Assembly: GCA_013265495.1 (NCBI GenBank)
Contig: MU058844.1
Coordinates: forward strand, 2,211,520 to 2,275,519
Direction: 5' to 3'
Source of the DNA: Vicugna vicugna
Taxonomy: Eukaryota
Length of the DNA: 64,000 nucleotides
Of this stretch, positions 25,767-38,689 are shown piece after piece. The notes beneath the pieces are model-generated. The model saw nothing but the letters and a program-made list of their open reading frames with translations, was not told the DNA's origin and did no database searches. Within the stretch, counting starts at the first letter, position 1; each line of letters opens with the position of its first letter. The position numbers and the translations under genes are program-made.

Positions 25767-26523
25767 TTATTAGTATTAAATACTACTGTGCATATATCTA
25801 AAGTCACACATCTGTGACATAATATTGTATAATGAGATGAAGAAATGGTCTGGATCCACATCTTAAATTATAGTTTCAACTCTGACATATTTTAGGTGTA
25901 TAATCTTGGGCAAATTAACAATATGAACTGTTTCATGAGGTTTTTATGAAATGTGTTATAATATGTAAATAAAACTGCAAGACACATTAGAACCCCTCCA
26001 AATATGTTAGATAAGGCAAGCAACAGTATGTCATCAGACGATAGGAAAAATGACGATTCTCTGCCAAGTAAAAACATAACAGGAAAATGGAAAGTACAAA
26101 TGCGAATAAGTACATACAAATTAGAAATATTTTTAAAAGATTTAAGTCAATATTTTTCATAATTTTAAATCTTTAAATGGATAACTTTGAATATTTTGGG
26201 GTAAAATGTCTATCAAACTTTTACCAATTCCTTCAATTAAAGTTCAGTAAATTTTTCTCATATTAAATAAAGGTAGAGCTAAATATTTTTAATAAAATAT
26301 ATTATATCATTTTATTATATGTTATAAACATTATATCTATTATATCATTTATTTTTTATCTGTACATATGCAGAAATAATAATATTTGGGGTGGCAAGCA
26401 TTTGGATGATTATCTGACCTTTATCTTAAAACTTAACTATAGTCCCTGAATTTTTATAATGATGAATATATACAATTTGTACCAAAATAATAAGCCTTTT
26501 AAAAGTGCAACATAAAAGGACAA

Positions 26524-26631
26524 ATAAAAAATAATTCAGTCTAAATTATGATAAAATAACCATTAACAGTATCTATAAAAAATAATTCAGAGTCTAAATT
26601 ATGATAAAATAACCATTAACAGTATCTATAA
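26524..26631. repeat. Tandem duplication, ~52-bp unit x2
   Basis: ATAATTCAG(AG)TCTAAATTATGATAAAATAACCATTAACAGTATCTATAA occurs twice. Confidence 0.95.
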
Positions 26632-26994
26632 TTGTTATTTTAATTTTTTACTGATTAAGCATGAGTTAACATGAAAATAATATGGAAGATACAGTATACC
26701 ATAAACTATGAATAAAGCAGAGATTTAATGATACTGGCAAAACATCTTGTTTACCAATGATTTGTTGATACCCTACATCCAATTCTTTTAGAAGACATAT
26801 AAGAATCAGAAATTTAGCAAAAGAAAGCTCAGCGAAAATAGTTTTCAAAAAGTCTATGCAGAAATGTTCAAAGACTTTGCTACTCATGATTAATTCACTT
26901 TTCTTTCACTAGTCTTTACTGGGAACCATTCTTCACTCTCTTTTCAGCCTGTTGCAAACTCAAGGATAAAGCATTTGGCCACAGGTCTGAGTCT

Positions 26995-29900
26995 GTTCAT
27001 TAACTCATTCAACAAATATTTATTGAATGACTAACATGTGCTATGGACTAGAAGTACGGCAATAAACAAAACAGATAAACTATGTTCTGTGGAGAAAATA
27101 AATAAACTAATAACTAATGCATTAATGTCAGATAGTTATGAGTGTTATAAAGAAGTTGGTCCTCTTCTAGTTGGAGTGGCCAAGGAAGGAGTAACTGAAC
27201 AGGAAACATTTAAGCCAAGGCTCAAATGAAGTAAGGGTTAGCCAAATAGACATGATTTGTCCCAGCTCCATTGTTCTTTTTTTTTTTTTTTTTTGCCTTT
27301 TTTTTTTTTTTTTTTTTTGGCCTGTCTGTTTCTTTTTTGAGTGAGGAGTCTGCGATCTGATCAGAATCAACAGCACAAAGGGAAATAGCTTCTTGGGCTG
27401 TGAAAAAAATTACTTTTTTTCTAAGTCAGTTTGGTCTTGAGTTTTTTTGTACTTCTATCCAGGAGTCCTAAGTGGTAGGGAAACTCTCTAAGGTTCTCAT
27501 GAAAGTCTGTACTATGTATCTTTGTGTGTGACACAAGGAAGTGTCAGCAAGTAAACATAAAACCTTGCTGCATAAGGCCATTTAACAGCTTGAAAAGTGT
27601 CACTGGATAGCTTGGTAGTTAGGTAAAACAGGAAAAAATATTTTTAAAAAAGAGAGGGAAAGGCATTAATTTAGCATGTTAGCCAAGAACCAATTATCAT
27701 AAGTGGAAGTAGTCTTATGTATCTTAGGATAGCCCAAGCAAATCATTATAGTTTATCAAGTGGTTATTTATTACTTTGAATTACTCTGCATTTGATTCAC
27801 AGGGTCAATCACTAATTAATTGATTCATTCAGAAAACACTGAGCGCAAATTGTGGGCCAAGGGCTATTTTAGACATTAAAGATACAACTGTGAATCTGAC
27901 CAGTAAAGTTTATGCACCATGCAGTTTATATTCACCTGGGAGAGACACATATAAGAACAGAAAATTACAATAGCAGGTTGTAAAAAGTACTATGAAAAAC
28001 AACTGTGATGAGGCATCACCTTCCTTCCCATGAAGGAAGAGGATCTACTTTGACAGGGAGTGGGGCCAGGGAAAGCAAGCCCCTTTGAAGTGATATCTAC
28101 GCAGAAGTGTGAACAGTTGAAAAAGGGAGTTCTAAAATAAGGGGCAACAATATCAAGGGCAACATTTTGAGGAAACAATGATTCAAGAATAGAGTGGTCA
28201 TCCATCTGACTGCAGCAGAGTGACTAAGGGAGAGGTGCTTTGGCTGAGCTTGGAGAAGCAGGTCAGCTCCAGCTGATGGGGACATGGCTCAGGAGTTTAG
28301 ATTTTGTTCAAAGAGGAATATAAAGGTACTAAATGTTTTCAGTGAAAAAACATGGAGTTTTTTTTGCATTTACATTTTAAACGACTTTTTGCTGATATTT
28401 GGAGAGGGAATGATAGAGCCACAAAAAACGAAGCAAGACGACACAGTACTATGTGTTTTTGGTAGTCCAGGTGAGAGAGGATGGCAGAATGTATTTTAAG
28501 CAGAACTCTCTCTTTGATAGATTGGATAGAGAAGAAATACGAAGGAAATGGGAAAAAAAACCACTACAATAATTTAAAGGATTTGGGCTGAAGCCAACTA
28601 GAGAGGTGTGATATCATTTAATAAAATGTGAAGTAGAGGAACAAAGTTTAGGGTGGGTTCAAAAGGCCATTATTTTAGTCACATTGTGATTTTCCAATTA
28701 GACATCCAAATAAAGGTGTCAAGTTCTAAGTAGTCAATGACATAGAAGAATCCGCAGCTCAGAGTGAACTCTGTGGCTGGAGATGTAATTTTAGAAGATT
28801 TTAAATACGGTAGGTGTTCAGTGTTGTGGTAAAGAACTTGGGGTTTGCTGCCAGATGGCTTCAGCTTTGATTTTGGCTCTGCCTCTTACTAGCTGAAGTC
28901 ACTTAATCTCCCTGGACCTTAGTTACTTCTCCAGTAAGTGAGGATGATAAACAATGCCAGGCACATAATGAGCATTCAGAATGGTAGTTATTATTAAATT
29001 ACTCTTGTTTTTGTTGTAATTTTAGAATGGAAACAGATGAGATCACTCAAGGACTAAAACCTGAGATACTCCAACATTTATAGGCTGGGTAAAGAAGGAG
29101 AAGGCTGACAAATGAGAATTGAGAGGGCATAGCCAACAAGGTAGGGGAAAAAACCACACTGAAACCAAAGTGGGCTGCTGGGACTGCAATTAAGACAAAG
29201 CCAGAAAATTACCCATACCAAGCCCAAACTGCAGTAGAATGAAAAGTGAATGGGAAAAAGAGCAGAAGAAACAGCAAATGCATACCATTTGCTTGAGATA
29301 TTTTTCTGTAAAAGGGGACATAGAAATGGGATAGTAGTAGGATAGAAAGTGGAGTCCAAAAGCCATTATTTTTTGAAGATAAGACATAATATCTGAACTC
29401 ATAATTGAAGAATCTGTAGGATGACTCAAGTCTATAGGTACATTTTTGGACTCTGGAATGCTTTACAATAATTTGATTTTGAATTTTTTTTTAGAATTGG
29501 CATGTGCTCTGACAGTTACTATCAGAGCCATTGTATTTTGTACTTTCATTCAGTTCACTTGTGTTATATAGAATGCCTGCCTGACCCTTGCACAGAGCAT
29601 GTGTATTGGTACATAGAATTGACCTAGCAGAGCAGGGAGATACTGAGAGATAATTAAAGGAGACAGATCTTGAGAAGAGGAAAGGGAATAAGATCCAGTG
29701 CACCATTGGGGGAATTTACTTTTAACTTCTTGCATAGTCTCAGAAGGGAAAACAAAAAAGACGTGTACAAGTGCAGGTAGATTTGATAGTAGAAAGTTAA
29801 TTGAACATTTCTCTGATGACTTTTACCATCACTCTGTTGATGTGCCGTGAGGAGACAAAGAATATAAGATGTTTAACGGAGTAAATGTTATCATGTAGTC

Positions 29901-30900
29901 ATCTTAGAGTGCTGGAAAGAGGATCAACAGCAGAAATACAATAGATCAGCTGGTCAGGCTTGAAGCTTATCTTTAAGAATTTAAAGTGACACCAATCATT
30001 GTCATATGTGATTTTCACTAGGACAATACAGCTGTTCAGATACAAGAGAGAAGGGAGTTGGGAGTTGCATTCAACCACAATGGGAGTTTTCCCAGATGAG
30101 TATGATGGAAGGAAAAGAAGAAAGAGAGCAGAAAGTACTTGAAAGGGAGTAATTATGATAAAGGTCCATCATATCTAAAGTTAAGGAGGGACCTGAAGAT
30201 ATGAGATGTAACAAACAGTGAAAAAGAGATGGAGTCTGGAATAAAGTTCTCATGAGACAAAAGGAAAAATAATAACAATACCCCACTAATAGGGCTATGT
30301 AATGCCTGATGATGACAAGCTAGAGGGTGTGACAATGATGGTGGGTAACTTAACACGAGAAAACAAGGCAACTACTAGACCACCATGAAAGAAGGATTGT
30401 GCACATGGAAGCACGTCACTGGAAACGATGACAGGGTATCAGTGGAGGGTATGAGTGAGCCAGGAGCAAAACCCATCAACAAGGAGACACTGGACTAGGA
30501 GGTCAAGCAGTTGATGACAGGGAAGCTATTGTAGATGATTAAACCAAATGTCCTGAGTTTCAGAATGGAAGGAAGTTTTTTTGAAAGAGTAAAGAGAAAA
30601 AAAAAATCATTTGGAAGAGCAAAATGTAGAGCAGGGCCACATCCCTCCATGTTTGAGTTAACCTGAGCGAAGAAGAGAAAGCAGCCACTACTTTGAAGGA
30701 CTGCAGCGTAAAACCTTGGTCAGGATTCTCTTAAGGTGAAGAAAGCAAAGGGGAATTTACCAACAGAAATTGAGGACAAAGTAGAATTTTTAGATAGAGA
30801 TCAGGATTTTTCAGATTGCAGATCAGGCCTGAAAGATTCTGGAGAAGGATACTGGATAAAATTTGGGGATACAGGCAGCACAGTGTATTTGGGTTTATGG
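26995..30900 (-). mobile_element. Cluster of L2 LINE fragments with a MIR insertion (~28820-28990)
   Basis: L2 3' ends CATTCAACAAATATTTATTGAATG (27007) and TTCATTCAGAAACACTGAGCGC (27824), then long purine-rich reverse-L2 body. MIR core GGCTCTGCCTCTTACTAGCTG at ~28875. Confidence 0.6.
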
Positions 30901-33568
30901 TGATGCTGGAAGACCCAGGGATTTGGGCTTCTACTGATGAGGAGGTCTCTGCGGACATGTGGGAATTCTTCACAGGAAGGTAGTAGCAACGGTTTTATCC
31001 CTTATAATCAGTGGAGTGGGATATCTGTACCCTTCTGCAGCTTTTACTGATGTGGCCTTTGGGGCTGGGGACAAGGGCAGACACAGGTGGGCTGTCCTCA
31101 GAGTGACTGCTCCTCTCTGCTCGCCACTGCCATAGAACAGAGAGAAGGCAACCATTAAGAGAAGTCCTTTCTACGTAAAATTAATTGTTTCAGCAAGCAG
31201 GATGGTATTTCATTAATTTTTGTAAAGATTTGTAGCCAAAAGGATTTGTAAAATGTTTGGGACTTAAAGGGTAAAGCCATAAAGGCCTCAGTTACTAGAT
31301 AATACAACTTGTCGTAATAACTGATCCCCTGAGGGTGTCTGATAACCAAGCTCAGGCTCTATTAAGAAAATTAGCATGAAACTAGAGGATATTTACCAGG
31401 GATAAGAAAGACTGGAACTGGTATTTAATCCCACCCTCCTCACTGTTCAGTGGAGATTAGGTCCTCCTGAGATTGTAATGTTACAAAGTTGAGCTCCCAC
31501 AGTCCAAAACAGATTTTGACATATTGGAGAGGGTCCAAATAAGAACAAAACAAATGATTTTTTAAATGTCCATTTTTTCATAAGGAAAGAGAATTCAGAA
31601 GAAGACTCAGAAATAATTATTTCTGCTTTCAATTCCGTATTAAGCTAATAACTGTCTTAATATAATATTAATTATATATACAGTATTAGTTCCAAATATA
31701 ACACAATAAGTAATTTGGTTATTAAATCATCATGAAAAAACTGCTTTAGTAGAGAGTGTCCTGAAGCCTAAGGAAGACATCACTTAAACACCAATAGTTT
31801 AAAGGATAATGTGAAAATGTTATTACTGGCAGCAGTCTTACAAGGTCAGCCAGAAAGCAAGGGACTAGGTAGATCCTACCTCATGGTCACCCGACAATGT
31901 GTGCAGAGCACTAGATTAAATAATGCAGGAAGAGGAGGAAATGTTAGATATTTTCATGGATATTTTATTCATCTATTTTTATTCTAAAGCATTTGAAAGA
32001 GTTTAAAAACTCATGATAGGTAAGCAGCTTTAGAATCTAAGAAACTGAGAGATATCACTGCCTTTTTACCTTCACCAATATCCCTCAGACAGGCTCAATA
32101 ACATCTGGGAACTTGACCCAGTTTGGTTTTCTCTTTGTGTCACATGTGACACTGGATAACTTAACACCCGAGTGTCAGTTTACCCACCTGGAAAGAGTGA
32201 TAATCACTCTGATTGAGAATGTGTTGAAAGAATTAACAATATATAAAATCATCTAACACACGGCGTGGGCCATTGCTGCTGAACAGAGCCAGTGTGGGGA
32301 TTCAGACTCGGGTCTCTTTCCAGAAATGCTTCTGAAAGTAGCCTCTAGATGAAGCAGTGAGGCTGCAGGATGCCAGGAGGAAGTTGCTGCCTCCAAGATG
32401 GCCTCTCTGCTGTTTGAGAGGTCTCGGCAGATTTCATACTTTACCTGGTATCACTGCTTCCGTTACAAATAAAGCTGGGCCCGAGAAGAGTAATTCACAC
32501 TAACAACAAATCATCTGGAAGCAGGTTTACAGAATGGGGATAATGACTGAGAGTGCCCTGAATAGACCAGCAAAGCAGCTCAGAGGAAGAAAGATGGGAG
32601 GGAAGCAGAAAGGGGAACGAGAGTTCTGAAGACAGACCATCTTCTCCTGCATCACTCTGTCCAGGACCAAACCTGCTTTCTAAATCTAGTACAGCTATTC
32701 ACCTCTGGTCACCAAGGAAAGAGTCCTGATGCACAGGTGAGAACCAGACTTCTAGATTTACATAAAGCATACCAAAATACAAGATGCAAGTTTCACCTTT
32801 CTCTAGAACTTTTGCAGTCTGAGTGGAAGTGAAGAATGGAAATTTAACACAAATATATTTTCTCTCCATAACTGTAGTAAAAATCAGTTTCACGAACCAT
32901 GTCAGGTACCGAAACTCTAAAATAAATCTTATACTTTGGGAGAAAAAAAATTTAATGTAATTTGATTTGTTTGGCTCTGACAGATAAAAAAGAGGAAAGG
33001 AGACTTTTTCTCAAAACATTCAGATCTTATTTATGCATTACTTTTGGACATAATTTTTTATAAATACTCATGCAAAAGGTTCATTGTTTCATTGTTTTCA
33101 AAGCATTCCAAGCAATCAAAATAATATGGATATTTTTTTCCATATCCAACATCATACAGGTAAGATTTCTGCAATATTTATTAGATTATTAATGAAAAGC
33201 AAAGGCAGCAATTTAAGACATGCAAGGTTTAGGAAAATTATTTCTTACTATATTCCTGAAATATTCATCTATTATCACTATATACATTAACTTCTTTTCT
33301 TAATTGGTAAAATTGTTATAGTTGAGGTAAACCATCTTTACCTATGTAAAATCATCTATAAATATATAAAAAGTTAAAACCAACTTTTTCTATTTATTTA
33401 AGGTGACACATTGGCGATTATAACTCCTTTAACATAATTTCAAGAGCTTTGTGTACTATCTAATTTGAATTCTGCTGCTTAATTTGAGTGACTATAAAAT
33501 AATTTGGGGTTTTTAAAGACTGAGAAGCATTTCCCAACGTTGGCTTTTTCAAACAGAAAATTGAGTGT

Positions 33569-33575
33569 TATAAAT
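33569..33575 (+). promoter_or_regulatory. EPYC: TATA box of EPYC promoter (TATAAAT)
   Basis: TATAAAT lies ~25-30 bp upstream of sequence resembling the recalled 5' end of mammalian EPYC mRNA (ACAACCATTGGTCAGG...). Confidence 0.75.
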
Positions 33576-33599
33576 TCCACCTCCCACAGACCAGAATTC

Positions 33600-33677
33600 A
33601 CAACCATTGGTCAGGAGCAGACCACTGGCTCTGCGTCCTCAGTCACTTCGTGCCATTTCACCAAGTAGGAGCCAAAG
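33600..33677 (+). other. EPYC: EPYC exon 1 (non-coding 5' UTR; TSS approximate)
   Basis: Ends in a consensus donor AAG|GTAAGT at 33678 and contains no ATG. Splicing to 36027 gives ...GCCAAAG GAAAGTTTGAAAAATG, resembling the recalled human EPYC 5' UTR. Confidence 0.8.
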
Positions 33678-35489
33678 GTAAGTCTTTACACTTGCTTTCT
33701 TCTTGGGTCAGAGACTTTTTTTTCCTACTATAACAACCTTTAAAAAAATAATTCAACTTGCTTTAATATCTCATGGTGAAATTTGATTCAATGGATTGGG
33801 TTTAATTTTGCTATTTTTATATTTGTATTATTCTTGGAAAATCTAAAACTTTGAATTAGCTTAGGAATTCATAACACAGAGCATTTTGCTATTTTAGTTG
33901 ACCTTAATAGCCATGACAGATGCCAATAAAATTATAGTCGTTTCCAATATATTCCTGAAATCAGATGCCCTGACACAGAATACATTTTTTGCCAGTATTG
34001 ACAGGCACTACTGATTGTCATTGATTGAAATATTATGCAAAATAAGAAAATAAATGAGATTTCAGGTGTTTAAAATATACTAATGATCATATTACAATTA
34101 TGCATTTATGTATCTTTTTAGGCTATATATTTTAAAGTTTTATATAAGTATATTATTAAAATATCACTAAATGGTATAAAGTGGACAAGTTCAAAATTTC
34201 AACAAATATACTACATTAAATACTAATTATTTGAAGGAAGGAACATGCTTTTTTAACTAAACAGGGATGTATGTTCTTCATATTTCTAAGGTTCCCACAC
34301 ACTGCCTTATTGATGATAGCTTTATGGAATATGTCAAATTCAAGTAAACTCTAATATGCAGACATTTATAATCAAACAGAGAGTATGAACTGAGAAAAAG
34401 AATAAGCAAGTGCATAATTTGTTTGAACAATGAAAATTGACAGAAATGTAAAAGGAACATAACCTTTTTGGTTTAATGGTGGCCACTATCAATGCATCCC
34501 ACCAGAATATGGGAGAATGGTCCTTGAAAGATTTGCAAATCACACTGTTTTATTAAGTAGTACTTTGTGGGTAATTGCATAAAACAGTTCCAAATCTGAG
34601 GACCTGCAAAGACCTCTGCAAAGGCAAGTGAAAAAGAGGCTTAGTTTATCCAGTGTGAATAAAAAAATTTATGTGAAGAAAGCATAGGAGGGGATAAAAA
34701 GGAGCTCCTTGTACTGCTTCTTATTCTCAGAGGAATTTCATATCCTTCTGCCTAAACCTGCTTCATAAAGACTCTCTTTCAAGTAACTGAAGGTCAGTTT
34801 GTCTGCCAGTGCATTCAAGTTGAAAAGCAATATTTATCATGAATTCCCTTTTATATGTGTGCATAGGTACAAACACCATATGTGCTCTTCTTAAAGTAAA
34901 CCTAAGAAGTGTATCCAGAATGCAAAACCTTTCAAATTAAACATGCTTGATAAAAAGCTTAACGAATATTTTGCTTCCTCAATAAATGATCACTAGGCAC
35001 CGCTTTTGATAGGACTAATTTAAATGCTTAAAAATAAACATGAGAGTTTTTTTTTCTGAATTAAAATGTATCCAAAGGAGTATATTTAAAGGAGAACTAA
35101 AATAGAATGCTAAGATCTTGATTGAATCCTCTAATGTGTGATGTTATCATGGAAAATAAGAATTGTGTTTACTAAAGAGTTACAAAAGAAAAGATTACTC
35201 TCATTCTGTGTGTGTGGAAATCCTCCTCTAAGGAAATCTTGCTAAATGGTGACTTTTAGACACCTATGCCTATTGATTCTGAGTTTAAACTTCAGATAGC
35301 TATTAAGAACTGAAATAAGACACTGACTAAAGGAAAAAAATAATTTTCTTGTCTGCTCCATCTAGTTAAGAACAAGTTTTGAAAATACGGCATGAAATAT
35401 TAACATTGTGTATGTAGATATTAAACTATGTATGTTTTAAGGTTCCCCAGAGGATACAAAGAAGTAAAAGGGAAAAAAGTCATTATTTT

Positions 35490-35680
35490 GTCTGGAATAA
35501 GCCCTGTGCTTCAATGTACAAGAACAGGTCCAGCTGTATTACTAGCCAACTCTGTCTTGGTTTCCTTGCCTATAAAATGATGAGGGAGTTACAGTGATTA
35601 TCATCATCGTCATCGTCATCGTCATCGTCATCATCCCTACATCCCAGAGTTGAAGAAAGAATGTTAATGCTTAGTAAATG
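35490..35680 (+). mobile_element. MIR fragment containing a (CATCGT)n microsatellite
   Basis: GGTTTCCTTGCCTATAAAATGATG is MIR-like; ATCATCATCGTCATCGTCATCGTCATCGTCATCATC lies at ~35600-35635. Confidence 0.6.
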
Positions 35681-36039
35681 GTAAAACTCTCAGAAAATGC
35701 AAAGGCTTTATGAATAAGTATATCACAATCCTTCTGAATCCCATTTTCTCCATGTTTCTCTATAAAATAAAAATCAACTTGACTGTAATTACAGTATCTA
35801 CTGTGAAAATGTGGATAGGTTTGTGAATTAACTTGAATATCTGTCATCAATAGTCCTCAGAAGCCACACACAATTTTACACACTATGTTCATAAATTATC
35901 CATGCAAAGATAGCTACCAGCTTGAGTTTCTCAGTATTGACAGTGATTTATGGTTCCTATTTAGTACAAACTATTCATAAGTTATTATCAATTAAATATT
36001 TACACATTTTAATATTTTATGATTAGGAAAGTTTGAAAA

Positions 36040-36204
36040 ATGAAAATGTTAGCGAGACTCATTCTGGGACTTGCCATCTTTGATGCTGCTGCAACTGCCC
36101 CAACTCTAGAGTCCATCAACTATGACTCAGAAACGTACGATGCCGCCTTAGAAGACCTGGATAACTTATACGGCTATGAGAACATACCGGTGGGTCAAGC
36201 GAAG
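36040..36204 (+). CDS. EPYC: Epiphycan, exon 2 coding part (signal peptide and acidic Tyr-rich N-terminus)
   Basis: Acceptor ...GATTAG|G at 36026/36027, ATG at 36040. Encodes MKMLARLILGLAIFDAAATAPTLESINYDSETYDAALEDLDNLYGYENIPVGQAK. Donor AAG|GTAATT at 36205; 165 nt, phase 0. Confidence 0.97.
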
Positions 36205-38689
36205 GTAATTGATTCCACTCACTCTTGAGACTTTTTAAAGCATTGTATGAGGAGTTATTGGGGTTTCTTCTTTTCAAATATATTCTAATAATTTTATATT
36301 GACTGTTTCTCCAGAACATGTTCAAAGTGTTGGAGGTTAACACTGGGAGACTCTTTTGCTTTCTTACACTTCATTTCTTTCTATCTCCTTACACAATTGA
36401 AAAATGAAGAGTTCCTATCAAGTTAGAAGAGAGAAAATTAGAGGAAAAGGCAGCCTGTGAGGAAAAGACAAGTTCAAGCAATGTATATATAATGAAATGA
36501 TAAAGAAGTTTGGGAAGTTTGAAGGAAAGAGAAAGATGTGAGATTAAAATACAATGGAAGAAAATAACAAGGTTTGGAATGCCTCAATATTCCAAGAGCA
36601 AACGCGCTGCCCTAAATGACTGGGTCCCCTCAGCTGGAATGTTGGCACTGGCAAGGTTACAGTCCATTACCTAAATCTGATATGACACGTTCCTAATTAA
36701 ATGGTGGGGTTTTTTTTTACATAACTAAAGGATACAGATTAATTTTTCTGAATTAGAAAACAAACAGACCTTGAAATGCTGGAGTATAACTAATCTAAAA
36801 CATTGACAACACTAATTAAGTATAAATAAACCAAAAGGGAAATTACATCACCTTTATAGGATTATAACCTATTTTGGGCAGTCATTCAAGTGTAAATTTT
36901 CTTAGAATAACTGCATTTGATAATTAGGAAAATGAAATATTTAGACAAAACCACGCCCCTACATTGCATAGGACTTAGATATATCCTTGTTAAGACAGTA
37001 AACGTTCTCATTATTGTTTTGGTCCCTTATTAAATACAAGAATCAGATTTTCACAATACAATGGTTTTCATAAGTCTTCTCCCCTACCGTCCTTTTCTTT
37101 CCCTGTTTGTCTTTCTTTTGACCTCACTCTCTCGCCCCAAACACAACATCCTCTCTGTCTGTCTGTATCTCCTCTTAACGTTTTAGTAAAACTGTAGGCT
37201 TGACAGCAAATCATTTTTCTTCTGAACATTTGGTTATGACTCTGTTTTTCTAAGTTTTATTAATATTCACTGTTTGATTCATTTCACCGTGTGGCTTCTG
37301 CTATGAGGAGGGGATTTTATGTTTAGAATCTATAGTCATTAATACCAATCTTTCTGTATGTGATCTCTGTATTTCTACCTTAATGCATCAATGTGGAGTA
37401 TAAGAGGAAAGTTTTTCAGTGCTTAATTCATCTGGTCTGCTCCTTTTTCCATATTGCATAAATATTTTTGTAAAAAAAAAACTCAGTGCATATCTGCAGT
37501 TATCTACCAAATTAAATATTTTAACTTAAGCTTATTTGTCATTCCGCAAAAAAATATTTCAGAGGATTGGTGAGTATCATAAGAGAGTTCCCTATTTTGA
37601 GTAGGGCTGGGGAGAGTGGATTCAAGGGATTATTTATTTCCTTCTGAAGACCAAATTTCCTCATGGGATTACCATTTGAGAGCAAGGCTGCCCTAGGCAA
37701 ACTTGTGAAGGCAGTGAGCTTTCTCTGCAGACCTCTTTCAAGCCACCCCTCGTGTTAGGATCCTTTCTGTTGCCCAGGAGGCCCTAGACATTCTCGTGAT
37801 ATTCTGAAGTTCTTCCTGCCATCAAGAAAATTAAGCTAATAAAAATATCTGTATAAAGATTATTTAAGTACACAGTCTTTCTTCAGCATTTGCTTATTCT
37901 GGAATAACAACCTTTCTGCAAGGTACTGAATATGTGGCATTGTATCCTTACACATCCCAGCCCTTATTTCATGCAAACATCTCCCATTTTCACACTGGCC
38001 TAGCCAAACTTGGAAACCTCACTAACTGAGGGTTCAAGAGAGCTACTGACAATCCCTTGTAGTTGATTGAAATATACAAGTCACACCTGATTTAACAATC
38101 CTTTGTGGTGAAGTTATCATTGGAAAACTGGTTTTAGGTAAATCATAGATAGGTAGATAGATCGATCGATCGATCATAGATATACATTTGCATATACATA
38201 TGCTATAATGAAACTATAACACATTTGAAAACATAAACTATACATCATTTTGAAAAGAAATTTATGAAGTTGTTCCAGTAACAAAAATCAACCAACCCAC
38301 TCATCCACCACCTATGAAAAAATATCCAAAAACAAACAAAATGAATATAACAAAGCAAATAAGATGACATGAGGAACAAAATTCAGGAGGAATTGCTGGG
38401 CCTAAAATCTGTTTCTAATATAGTATCCAGTGGATTCTGGATATTCTAGATCATCAGAAGTCACATCAGCCATCAATGTGGACTACTGTTACTGCATAAT
38501 CATTTTCAAAAATAGAAATATTTTCATTCCCCTTTTCCAACCACAGAGCAGGTAATGGATATACTACCACCAGCAGAGATCAATAAAGCTCTATTGAGAG
38601 TCTCCCCTGAGACTCAGGGATGGTTTGGCTCACTAACTAGATAAATCACTGGACTCATAAATGCAAAAGCCTTGCAGCAGTACAGTAAT

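Noticed and set aside
26524..26631. Direct repeats as a CRISPR-like array
   Set aside because: Only two adjacent copies with no spacers, in mammalian DNA; an ordinary tandem duplication.
1..33500. KERA 3' exon or another gene upstream of EPYC
   Set aside because: No LRR-like or other recognisable coding exon is visible; the region is dominated by repeats.
36040..36048. Tandem in-frame ATGs (ATG AAA ATG)
   Set aside because: Either start leaves the signal peptide intact, so no functional consequence is expected.
38145..38180. Palindromic GATCGATCGATCGATC
   Set aside because: Self-complementary by virtue of being a (GATC)n variant of a GATA microsatellite.
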